The notes: generated by a model from the letters alone, not told the origin. A stretch of 30,260 nt of DNA from an uncultured Ruminococcus sp. (GCA_964416955.1 CAYQFW010000001.1:1-30260); one strand, 5' to 3'; shown: positions 21,541 through 29,041, counted from the stretch's first letter. Translations and numbers: made by a program.

Positions 21541-21559
21541 AAATTCGGTAGGTGTTAAT

Positions 21560-21982
21560 ATGAAAAAAATAAACACAATCAAATTTTCTCTTTTTTTAAC
21601 CGACATATTTTTAATTGCTCTGATTTTGGTGGCTTTATTTCTCCCTTTTCTTGTCACCTGGTATGTTGAATATACAGGAAGACTTGAAGGTTTAGCCACA
21701 ACGATTATGATAACCTGTTACCCTTGTGCGCCTTTTACGGGGCTCACGCTTTTTTATCTGCGAAAGGTTCTTAAAAACATTGAAAAAGGGGACGCAGCCA
21801 ACCCCGATAACAAAAAGAATCTCAAATATATGAGCCTTTGTTGTATTATAATTGCCGTAATAACCCTGATTGCAGGAAAATTTTACCTTCCGTTTTTCCT
21901 TGTTGCAGGAACCTTCTTGTTTTTGGCACTTTTAATTTTCGTGTTCAGAAATATATTCATAAATATTTTTAAAGAAAAATAA
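21560..21982 (+). CDS. DUF2975-like membrane protein
   Basis: 140 aa, four TM segments, L.K.L.NI.KG....P.N...L pattern. Confidence 0.7.
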   Translation: MKKINTIKFSLFLTDIFLIALILVALFLPFLVTWYVEYTGRLEGLATTIMITCYPCAPFTGLTLFYLRKVLKNIEKGDAANPDNKKNLKYMSLCCIIIAVITLIAGKFYLPFFLVAGTFLFLALLIFVFRNIFINIFKEK

Positions 21983-21992
21983 AATACTATTG

Positions 21993-22023
21993 AAAAACCG
22001 ACTTGTATGCCAAGTCGGTTTTT
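21993..22023. terminator. Bidirectional terminator next to the att site
   Basis: aaaaaccgacttg-tatgc-caagtcggttttt. Confidence 0.85.
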
Positions 22024-22025
22024 AT

Positions 22026-22049
22026 TGGAGCGGGTGATGGGAATCGAAC
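22026..22049 (-). other. Prophage attachment core: duplicated tRNA 3' fragment (T-loop, acceptor stem, CCA), probably tRNA-Gly
   Basis: Minus strand GTTCGATTCCCATCACCCGCTCCA directly after the integrase stop; no tRNA 5' half is present. Confidence 0.88.
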
Positions 22050-22057
22050 TTTTATAG

Positions 22058-23158
22058 TTACGCCCCAAACCGCACCAATTTAAGCCGTTTGCGTAAATCT
22101 GTGTGACTTTTCGTGTGACTTCCGACCATATTGTTGACATAGGCATTCATTTTGGTATTAGCTTCAAGCTGTGCTTCACTCAGCGAATGACGGTAGGTTC
22201 CGTTCATAATATACTCATTGGACCAGCCGCCGTTTTCCATGCGCACTTGAGAGTCAATGCCAAGGTCACTTGTTAAACTCGAATAAATGTGTCGAAGTTT
22301 GTGAAAACCTAACTCTTCAATATTATTTTTTCTTAATATGGCATTTAGTTTTTGCCAATACCTATTCGGATTGACCGTAGAAACATATTCACTTGTTGTT
22401 TTTGCTTGCCGTTCGCTGAGTAAAGTACAAACATAATCGGGTAAATATATTATTCTATCGGATTTCTCCGTTTTGGTATTATTAACAATTACAAAGTCAT
22501 TATCTTTGTTTTTTAGTTTCGCTCTGCATACGTGGAGCGTTTTATTTTTATAATCGATATCTTCCCATTTAGTACCTGCTATTTCGGATGCTCTCATAGA
22601 AAGCACCCCTAAATAACTTTCAACTTCAAAGTCAGTACCTTTAAGAGCCTTAAAAACACTCTTAATATATGAATGGGAGAAATATCTTTTTTGAACGTGT
22701 TTTTGTTTGGGGTAATTTACTGCCCATATAAAATCGGGATAATAAACCGATAATACGGTCCGTAATAAACCATAAATGTTTTTAATTGATTTTGGCGATA
22801 ACTTATCGACCTCGAATGAAGTTGATATAGAATGCTGTATCATCGGACAAGTCAAAGTATATAACGGTTTGTCAATTATGTCAACCATATTATTTCTTTC
22901 GATGCTACTATATCCCGCCTCGGTTGAGGGCGATAATCTATAACGATTTATTTCGATGTAGTTTAAAATTGCTTCTCGCACTGTCATACGGGTAAAATCA
23001 GAACCTATCATTTTACAACGCTTTTGCCACTTCTCCGCCTGAGCTTCAGCTTCCTTTGCTGTGGGAGCGGAAAAAGAGCGTGTAACCGATTCGCCGTTTA
23101 CAGTTGCTTTTGCCTGAACGCGCCAGGTGCCCGAAGGCAGTTGTTTTGCTTTTGCCAT
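22058..23158 (-). CDS. int: Tyrosine recombinase/integrase
   Basis: Catalytic R (MRASEI), K (TKTEKS), HKLRH, GGW and Y (GTYRH); N-terminal arm-binding domain; start moved to ATG 23158 (RBS aaagga). Confidence 0.95.
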   Translation of the reverse strand: MAKAKQLPSGTWRVQAKATVNGESVTRSFSAPTAKEAEAQAEKWQKRCKMIGSDFTRMTVREAILNYIEINRYRLSPSTEAGYSSIERNNMVDIIDKPLYTLTCPMIQHSISTSFEVDKLSPKSIKNIYGLLRTVLSVYYPDFIWAVNYPKQKHVQKRYFSHSYIKSVFKALKGTDFEVESYLGVLSMRASEIAGTKWEDIDYKNKTLHVCRAKLKNKDNDFVIVNNTKTEKSDRIIYLPDYVCTLLSERQAKTTSEYVSTVNPNRYWQKLNAILRKNNIEELGFHKLRHIYSSLTSDLGIDSQVRMENGGWSNEYIMNGTYRHSLSEAQLEANTKMNAYVNNMVGSHTKSHTDLRKRLKLVRFGA

Positions 23159-23189
23159 AATATCTGTCCTTTCTGCGCAAAATTGCGAC

Positions 23190-23303
23190 TTGAAATATCC
23201 GGACAGATATGCTAAAATAAGACTGCAAGTGGGTTCCAATCATTTGCAGTCGGCTCTGTCCGACAATCTCCGTCTTGGTGTTCCAGCACCGAGGCGGTTT
23301 TTT
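23190..23303 (+). ncRNA. Putative small antisense transcript between cI and int (promoter, hairpin, terminator)
   Basis: TTGAAA-17 nt-TAAAAT with TG extension (23190-23218); hairpin 23221-23251; terminator ccgtcttggtg/caccgaggcgg plus T6 (23270-23303). Confidence 0.55.
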
Positions 23304-23310
23304 ATTTTGT

Positions 23311-23925
23311 TTATATTCTACTTGTAAAACCTACGGCTTTACCAAGAATACGAATTTCGTTTATTTGTTCGTTTGTGTATACGAGCGGTTGATATGCTGT
23401 GTTACAAGCAACAAGAGTTACGGTATTTTCAGCAATATAAACCCTTTTAAGTGTTGCTTCGTCGCCAATAAGTACGGCAGCAATTTCGCCATTATTTACA
23501 GTGGGCTGTTGATGGATATAAACTATATCACCATCTAATATACGCGCGTCTATCATACTGTTTCCGCTACAGCGCAAGGCAAAGTCGGCATTTATATCTT
23601 CAGGTATGTCAATTTCACATTCTATATTCTCTTGCGCTAATATAGGTTCTCCGCAGGCAATTGTACCAAGCAAGGGTATTTTATTCATATTCGGGAGCGG
23701 AATGATATTGTCGTATGATATATTATCATTTTTTCCAAGAAGATAGTTTATAGAAACATTAAAATAATCGGCTATAGCTTCCAAAATTTCGAAATCAGGC
23801 TCGCGCTCACCACGTTCGTACATACTTATAGTACTAAAGGCAAGACCTAACGCATTAGCAAGCTGTGTTTGTGTTAAATCTTTAGAAGTTCTCAAGTTGC
23901 GCAAAGTTTTGCCGAACGAACTCAC
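23311..23925 (-). CDS. Phage CI-like repressor (XRE HTH + S24 autopeptidase)
   Basis: HTH LTQ.QLA..LG...STISMYERG.REP; IACG cleavage site; catalytic Ser (GNSM) and Lys (ATLKR). Confidence 0.95.
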   Translation of the reverse strand: MSSFGKTLRNLRTSKDLTQTQLANALGLAFSTISMYERGEREPDFEILEAIADYFNVSINYLLGKNDNISYDNIIPLPNMNKIPLLGTIACGEPILAQENIECEIDIPEDINADFALRCSGNSMIDARILDGDIVYIHQQPTVNNGEIAAVLIGDEATLKRVYIAENTVTLVACNTAYQPLVYTNEQINEIRILGKAVGFTSRI

Positions 23926-23946
23926 ATTATCACATCCTTTGTAACC

Positions 23947-24056
23947 ATTATATACACAAATCGTGGAATAGTCAAGAAAAATTTTTTACGATTTGTGAAA
24001 TTGGGTATTGACAAATTCGCAAATGTGTTGTAATATATCATTGCACGAAATGTGAA
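23947..24056. promoter_or_regulatory. Genetic switch: divergent promoters and operators
   Basis: Leftward TTGACT-17-TATAAT (23975-23947); rightward TTGACA-17-TAATAT (24008-24036); CAC/TAC-N5-GTG sites at 23955, 23987 and 24044. Confidence 0.8.
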
Positions 24057-24073
24057 AATCGAGAATAAGGCAG

Positions 24074-24283
24074 GTGAAAATATTGGATGCCATATCAATT
24101 GGAAAGAAACTAACCGCTTTGAGAGGTAATTCTTCTCAAGAAGAAGTTGCAAAGGCTGTTGGAATTAGTGTTTCGGCATTATCTATGTATGAAACTGGGA
24201 ACCGTATTCCGCGTGATGAAATCAAAGTAAAGCTTGCGCGATATTATGAAAGTACGGTCGAAACTATTTTTTTTACAGCTTGA
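24074..24283 (+). CDS. Cro-like XRE HTH regulator
   Basis: SQEEVAKAVGISVSALSMYETGNRIP; divergent from cI. Confidence 0.92.
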   Translation: MKILDAISIGKKLTALRGNSSQEEVAKAVGISVSALSMYETGNRIPRDEIKVKLARYYESTVETIFFTA

Positions 24284-24325
24284 TTGCACGATATGTGCAA
24301 TACAAAATAATAGGAGGTGATATAT

Positions 24326-24547
24326 ATGGAAAATACTGAAATAAAAACGCTACTCGAAAAAAATTTAAAATCACTAACAAAAGCGGCAGAAAATTCAAGT
24401 CGCTCCGGTGAAGAACTAAAAGCACTTACCGAAGCGATTGAAATCAATATTAAACTGTTAAAAGCGTGTGATTTTACACCTTGTGATAGTAATGGCCATT
24501 ATTTAACAAGAGATGAATCAATTACAAATCCATTAATCGAAGATTGA
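24326..24547 (+). CDS. Hypothetical phage protein
   Basis: RBS ggaggtg before ATG 24326; helical composition. Confidence 0.6.
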   Translation: MENTEIKTLLEKNLKSLTKAAENSSRSGEELKALTEAIEINIKLLKACDFTPCDSNGHYLTRDESITNPLIED

Positions 24548-24811
24548 GTTATCAATGTATTCCCATTGCTTTTTGGAAAGCCAGCCTTGCTTGTTATTTG
24601 CAACTTCGATAACTAAAACACTATCATTCCCGTCAAGGTATGGTTTGATTTTATCAAAGACAGCATTTGCGGTTTTTAGATTTGATTTGATTAAGTAAGA
24701 TGATTTCCAAAAAGAACACCACACTCCTGTGGAAGCATCTTTGATTGCTTTAATTACATTTTCGTAATCTTGACCTTCGCTATTAAGGTCATAGGTAATC
24801 ATATACACCAC
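24533..24811 (-). CDS. Orphan Cas2/VapD-like ferredoxin-fold protein
   Basis: 92 aa starting YMITYDL, with D.V.VIEV near the C-terminus; RBS aaggagg; own promoter; no cas1 or array nearby. Confidence 0.65.
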   Translation of the reverse strand: MVYMITYDLNSEGQDYENVIKAIKDASTGVWCSFWKSSYLIKSNLKTANAVFDKIKPYLDGNDSVLVIEVANNKQGWLSKKQWEYIDNSIFD

Positions 24812-25054
24812 GACTTATCCCTCCTTTCTAAACTTATATATAAGAGCTCTATACTTTAATTATAATTCACGGTTTGTGAATTTTGCAACTTTTTTTATAT
24901 CATTATTTTTTGTACAAAATCACAAAGGTGTTTGTCAACAAAAGAAATATTATGTCACATAAAACATTCGAATTTTGAAAATAGTGTTTTAATATTGTAC
25001 ATTTTGCTGATTTTTACCATTTATATGATTTTATTTTTAAAGGAGATAAAAAAC

Positions 25055-25219
25055 ATGAAAAAAACAAAAAATCCTAAAACTGAATTAACTATTAAAAAGC
25101 GAACCTCTACAAACTATCCACCTGACCCACACCATATATTTTGTAAAAGGTGTTATAAGTTCAATAAAGGATGCCCTAACACTCAGAGCAAAATAAGAGA
25201 TAGTGAGTGTCGTTTATAA
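25055..25219 (+). CDS. Small basic Cys-rich phage protein
   Basis: RBS aaggag before ATG 25055; CxxC...C...C pattern. Confidence 0.55.
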   Translation: MKKTKNPKTELTIKKRTSTNYPPDPHHIFCKRCYKFNKGCPNTQSKIRDSECRL

Positions 25220-25230
25220 GGTGGGCACTT

Positions 25231-25443
25231 ATGAAAAAACAAAAGGATTTTGGGACGGAATTTTACGAAAAAAAGAAAATTGCTCGTAAAATTGCAAGGA
25301 TTTTAGCAGAGAATAATTGCACAGTATCTGAAGCTGAAGAAATTATTGATATGACAATGCGAGATATAAAGTTATCATCAATAGTTAGATGCTTTGATTT
25401 GGAATTGGAAGGAGGTAAAAGTAATGACACAAAGAGAAGCTGA
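25231..25443 (+). CDS. Hypothetical phage protein
   Basis: RBS aaggtgg before ATG 25231. Confidence 0.6.
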   Translation: MKKQKDFGTEFYEKKKIARKIARILAENNCTVSEAEEIIDMTMRDIKLSSIVRCFDLELEGGKSNDTKRS

Positions 25444-25618
25444 CAAATTTATGCTTGAGCAATTTGATTATTGCGCAAAGAAAGCACGTGAAGCTCAGAC
25501 CGAAGAAGAGCGCGAACATTTTACCGATGCGGCACATAAGTTATATATCACACTTACCAACGTCGGCGTGTTCCCTAAAGACCACTTCCCTACCGTTAAC
25601 GGCGGGAATATTCAGTAA
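25424..25618 (+). CDS. Hypothetical phage protein
   Basis: RBS ggaggt before ATG 25424. Confidence 0.65.
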   Translation: MTQREADKFMLEQFDYCAKKAREAQTEEEREHFTDAAHKLYITLTNVGVFPKDHFPTVNGGNIQ

Positions 25619-25624
25619 ATACAA

Positions 25625-25669
25625 TCCCTCAGTCAGCTGAGCTGGCAGCTCCCTTTACACAAAGGAGCC
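25625..25669 (+). repeat. Double-hairpin dispersed repeat, copy 1
   Basis: tccctca GTCAGC tga GCTGGC a GCTCCcTTT acac AAAGGAGC c. Confidence 0.8.
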
Positions 25670-25692
25670 AATCACGAGAAAGGAGAGCGGAA

Positions 25693-25917
25693 ATGCCTGC
25701 ATTAAAAAAGTCCCCTGCTGTTTTGCGACAGGAGACAATAACAAGAAAACTAAAAATAGGGCTGCTTGAAAAAGGTTGGACCGTTAAGCATTTAGCAGAG
25801 CTTTGCGGTACCGATGCGGGAACTATGAGCCGAACCATAAACCATCCTATGAGCGTAAGGCTTGAAACGGTCCTTGATATTGCAAAAAAATTAGGGATAG
25901 ACTCTATCCCTACATAA
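25693..25917 (+). CDS. XRE-family HTH protein
   Basis: WTVKHLAELCGTDAGTMSRTIN HTH; RBS aaggag. Confidence 0.8.
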   Translation: MPALKKSPAVLRQETITRKLKIGLLEKGWTVKHLAELCGTDAGTMSRTINHPMSVRLETVLDIAKKLGIDSIPT

Positions 25918-26028
25918 AAAAGACCGCTTACGAGTGGGGACTCAATAAGCGGCCAAAGAAAAACGGACAGTCCGGGAGGCCTGTCCCTACAACACCAATA
26001 TTATAAACCAAATTATGACGGATGTCAA
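25916..26028 (-). ncRNA. Putative ~80-nt antisense RNA with its promoter, upstream of the Spo0A-CTD gene
   Basis: Perfect TTGACA-17-TATAAT on the minus strand (26028-26000); hairpin ggacag/ctgtcc; terminator stem ccgctta/taagcgg plus U6 (25916-25954). Confidence 0.6.
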
Positions 26029-26057
26029 ATAATAATTAAATAGGAAGTGTAAAAATT

Positions 26058-26390
26058 ATGGAAGAAAAGATTTATGACATATTAAGTGAGTTGGCTGTGC
26101 CTTTTGCTATTAAAGGTCGGGATTATTTAGTGAGAGCGGTTGCGATTGTTCTGCAACAGGGCAGGCCTCAAATGACTAAGGAAGTATATCCGCAGATTGC
26201 GGCGGAATTTGAAACCAAAGCTTCTCGCGTTGAACGTGCAATCCGTCACGCTATTGAAAGAGTTTTTGATAATGCTAACAGCGAAGCTATAAGAAAGTAT
26301 TTTGGCTTTAATATTTCTTTCATTAAAGGAAAACTTACCAACTCAGAATTTATTTACGGCTTAGCCGAGTATTTAAGAAGAAATGGATAG
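26058..26390 (+). CDS. Spo0A C-terminal DNA-binding domain protein without receiver domain
   Basis: IKG..YL..A, TKEVYP.IA, SRVERAIRHAIE and TNSEFI motifs of the Spo0A effector domain; only 110 aa. Confidence 0.92.
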   Translation: MEEKIYDILSELAVPFAIKGRDYLVRAVAIVLQQGRPQMTKEVYPQIAAEFETKASRVERAIRHAIERVFDNANSEAIRKYFGFNISFIKGKLTNSEFIYGLAEYLRRNG

Positions 26391-26402
26391 GAGAGCGGAA
26401 AG

Positions 26403-26642
26403 ATGGATAATTTTATTTTTATAGACGGTATAGCGTTTTGGATTGTACTGTTATTTTTGATTTTTATGTTTGTTATTTTCTTGGTGGTTGGGAATGGTTA
26501 CATAAACTGCCGAAGAGAAATTGACCTTAAGGACAAGCAGTTAAAGAAGCTACGTTCTGATTACAATATTTTAATTGGTGAATATCACAGAGCAACTTTT
26601 AAGATGCCTGAAATAGAAAAGAATGTGGGTGATGGAAAATGA
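26403..26642 (+). CDS. Small single-TM phage membrane protein with coiled-coil tail
   Basis: Hydrophobic N-terminus; RBS ggag. Confidence 0.7.
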   Translation: MDNFIFIDGIAFWIVLLFLIFMFVIFLVVGNGYINCRREIDLKDKQLKKLRSDYNILIGEYHRATFKMPEIEKNVGDGK

Positions 26643-26935
26643 AAAACACATTATCTGATTTAAATAATTATTTATTTGAAAGCATCGAACGAGTAATGGA
26701 TGACGAGCTTTCTGACGAAGAACTCGAAAGAGAAATTAAGCGCAGTGAAACTGTACAAAAGGTTGCAAAAGCGATTATTGATAATGGTGCTCTTGCGCTG
26801 CAGGCTCAGAAGCATTTTGACGAATACGGTATTGAAACTAAAGTGGAAATGCCACTTTTAGGGGTTGCTGATAAAAACCTTATAGAAGAAAACGCTAATC
26901 TTCGAAAGCGGGTTAAGAAGGCTGAACAATGGTAG
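26639..26935 (+). CDS. Conserved hypothetical phage protein, coupled to the HNH gene
   Basis: MKNTLSDLNNYLFE.IER..D...EI.RS..V..VA..II.NG.L.L.A; overlapping stop/start on both sides. Confidence 0.75.
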   Translation: MKNTLSDLNNYLFESIERVMDDELSDEELEREIKRSETVQKVAKAIIDNGALALQAQKHFDEYGIETKVEMPLLGVADKNLIEENANLRKRVKKAEQW

Positions 26936-27543
26936 CGCATAAATATACCGAAGAAGAAAAACATTTCTTGCGAGAGTTTGTTCCCGGGCATAGTTATAAA
27001 GAGATTGCTGAAGAATTCAACATTCGGTTCTCAGAAAATATCACAGTTGGTCAAATCAAAAGCAGTATAGGAAGATATAAGCTTAATACCGGGCGGACCG
27101 GTCGTTTTGAAAAAGGACACATTCCCGCAAATAAGGGTACTCATCCTGAAACAGTTGGGCGAATGGGAGAAACGCAATTTAAAAAAGGAAATCTTCCGCA
27201 CAATACAAAACCAATTGGTTATGAGCGAGTTTCCAAAGACGGTTACATTAAAGTGAAAATAGCAATGCGCCGAAGTGACACAGGTGATAAAAGCAATTTT
27301 GTTCTAAAGCATCGGCTGATATGGGAAAAGGCTAACGGTCCTATTCCTGAAGGGTGTAACGTTATATTTTTGGATGGAAACAAAAGAAATTTTGCACCCG
27401 AAAATCTTGCGCTTGTTACAAATGCAGAAAATTTAGAGTTAACTCGCAGTGGTTTGCGAAAAGATAATCCACAATTAACAGAAACAGGTGTTTTGATTGC
27501 TAAATCGGTTATAGCGACAAGAAAAGCTAAGAAGCGAAAATAA
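26929..27543 (+). CDS. HNH endonuclease (HNH_3-type with NUMOD3-like repeats)
   Basis: FEKGHIPANKG and FKKGNLPHN repeats; HRLIWE..NGPIP.G..V.FLDGNK.N...ENL motif. Confidence 0.88.
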   Translation: MVAHKYTEEEKHFLREFVPGHSYKEIAEEFNIRFSENITVGQIKSSIGRYKLNTGRTGRFEKGHIPANKGTHPETVGRMGETQFKKGNLPHNTKPIGYERVSKDGYIKVKIAMRRSDTGDKSNFVLKHRLIWEKANGPIPEGCNVIFLDGNKRNFAPENLALVTNAENLELTRSGLRKDNPQLTETGVLIAKSVIATRKAKKRK

Positions 27544-27544
27544 A

Positions 27545-27594
27545 TCTCTCAGTCTTGCCCGAAAGCAAGCCAGCTCCCTTTAGGCAAGGGAGCC
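27545..27594 (+). repeat. Double-hairpin dispersed repeat, copy 2
   Basis: tctctca gtCTTGC ccgaaa GCAAGcc a GCTCCCTT taggc AAGGGAGC c. Confidence 0.8.
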
Positions 27595-27629
27595 TTGAAA
27601 TTGAAAAAATGATTTAAAGGAGAATAAAG

Positions 27630-28010
27630 ATGCAATTAAAAAATAAAGCAGAGCGTGAGCGCTTTTTGGAAAATTATAAAAATTGGGAGCTTATGCACGA
27701 AGTTCCTGAGCTTGAGCTGAAGTTTTACAGATATGTATTTCCTAACGGCACGGTAATTATAGCGACAGAATATGCGTGCATCTGTTGGGCGGATTATGAC
27801 GCAGATAATAATAAGCATATTTTTGAAAAAGTTACTAGGGTTAATTATCATTTACTTTTATCTGAGAATGATAATTTTGTTTCAAAATATAAATATTCTG
27901 AAACAGCGTATAAATTTTATAATCCTGCAGGTGATGGAAAAAGCGATATTATTAAATATTTAACTAATCCGAAGCTTGAAATCGACTCTCCAGGTGATAG
28001 TGATGTGTAA
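27630..28010 (+). CDS. Hypothetical phage protein
   Basis: RBS aaggag; LKN...R..FL..Y..W N-terminus. Confidence 0.7.
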   Translation: MQLKNKAERERFLENYKNWELMHEVPELELKFYRYVFPNGTVIIATEYACICWADYDADNNKHIFEKVTRVNYHLLLSENDNFVSKYKYSETAYKFYNPAGDGKSDIIKYLTNPKLEIDSPGDSDV

Positions 28011-28197
28011 GTGCATTAAGACCGGCAAAGAGCTTCCTGACCGCAACGTTAACTTTTCGGGGTATGAGTGCAGATGGCATGACAGGTTCGGATGTTATTG
28101 TAAACACCGTACACATCATTTTGTAGATGGGACAAACTGTCTGCTCTTACGAAAGCCTATAAATGTACGCGCAATATTAGGACTTGATAAATCGTAA
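28003..28197 (+). CDS. Small Cys/His-rich phage protein
   Basis: ATG 28003 overlaps the upstream gene end; RBS aggtg; six Cys. Confidence 0.55.
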   Translation: MCKCIKTGKELPDRNVNFSGYECRWHDRFGCYCKHRTHHFVDGTNCLLLRKPINVRAILGLDKS

Positions 28198-28237
28198 GAT
28201 ACAAATTCTTCAATTGTCGCCAAATGAAGAATGTCTC

Positions 28238-28288
28238 TCCCTCCGAGTTTTGCTTTGCAAAACCCACCTCCCTCAATCAGAGGGAGGC
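28238..28288 (+). repeat. Double-hairpin dispersed repeat, copy 3
   Basis: tccctcc gaGTTTTGC ttt GCAAAACcc a CCTCCCTC aatca GAGGGAGG c. Confidence 0.75.
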
Positions 28289-28313
28289 AATGGAGAGCGA
28301 AAGGAAGAATATA

Positions 28314-28868
28314 ATGAATACAGATTTTTACGGTCCGCGCGGACAGGCTATAGGAAAAGCGGCTCGCGCTTATGAAGAAATAATGGGGCGTATGCTGTCG
28401 CGGGCGATATTAGATGATATCGGATACTACATTGACCACGGCGCAAAAGTAGACCTTATTATAAAGGCTATTGATATTACTGCGGGAAAAGGTGCTGACT
28501 GGCGCTATACTAAGGCTATTTTACAGCGTTGTATTCAAGAAGGTATTTATGATGAGTATACATACGATTTTAAGGTTAGGTATAAAAAAGCTTTGGTTCA
28601 GTTTAAAAGGGAATTTCCGCAGCACAGCGAAGAGCCTGTATATGAAACAATGTATTTGGCGGTTAAAGTCTTCAGGGAAGACCTTGAAGCTTGGGAAAAA
28701 GATGCCGACGAATATGCTAAAGCCGTTTTAAACGGCGGTGATACATCTAAGTGGGATGAACGGTGGGGCAAGTTTTCACCGATAACTTATGAAATGGTAG
28801 ATGCGGCAAAGCTTGGCGCGGCTGAGATGAGCAAAGCTCATAGAGAAAAAAGACAATCCCCCTTTTAA
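28314..28868 (+). CDS. DnaD/DnaB_2-like domain protein
   Basis: YEE..G..LS..I...I...LI.KAI......ADWRY.KAILQR...EG resembles the DnaD YxxxILxxW motif; start placed at ATG 28314 (RBS aaagga), alternative 28290. Confidence 0.7.
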   Translation: MNTDFYGPRGQAIGKAARAYEEIMGRMLSRAILDDIGYYIDHGAKVDLIIKAIDITAGKGADWRYTKAILQRCIQEGIYDEYTYDFKVRYKKALVQFKREFPQHSEEPVYETMYLAVKVFREDLEAWEKDADEYAKAVLNGGDTSKWDERWGKFSPITYEMVDAAKLGAAEMSKAHREKRQSPF

Positions 28869-28894
28869 TTTCCCCCTTTACACAAGGGGGACTT
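28855..28894 (+). repeat. Dispersed repeat, degenerate copy 4 (second hairpin only)
   Basis: aatccccctt ttaatt TCCCCCTT tacac AAGGGGGA ct; shares ccctttacacaa with copy 1. Confidence 0.6.
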
Positions 28895-29041
28895 GGGGGG
28901 AGATAAAACTGAAATTAAGAAAAATGCAAAAATCGGTTTAAATACCGATTTAGCGCTTGATAAGAAGTATTAACTAACGGAAAAAATCAATCCCTAAAAG
29001 TTAAGAAGAAGTTAGGTTGGGACAATGATTGATTTTTTAAC

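Noticed and set aside
22026..22110. Complete tRNA gene
   Set aside because: Only the last 24 nt match; the sequence where the 5' half should be is integrase coding sequence.
24533..25000. CRISPR-Cas locus around the Cas2-like gene
   Set aside because: No cas1 or other cas genes and no regularly spaced repeat-spacer array in the window.
28224..28313. N-terminal extension of the DnaD-like ORF
   Set aside because: It runs through repeat copy 3; a better RBS precedes ATG 28314.
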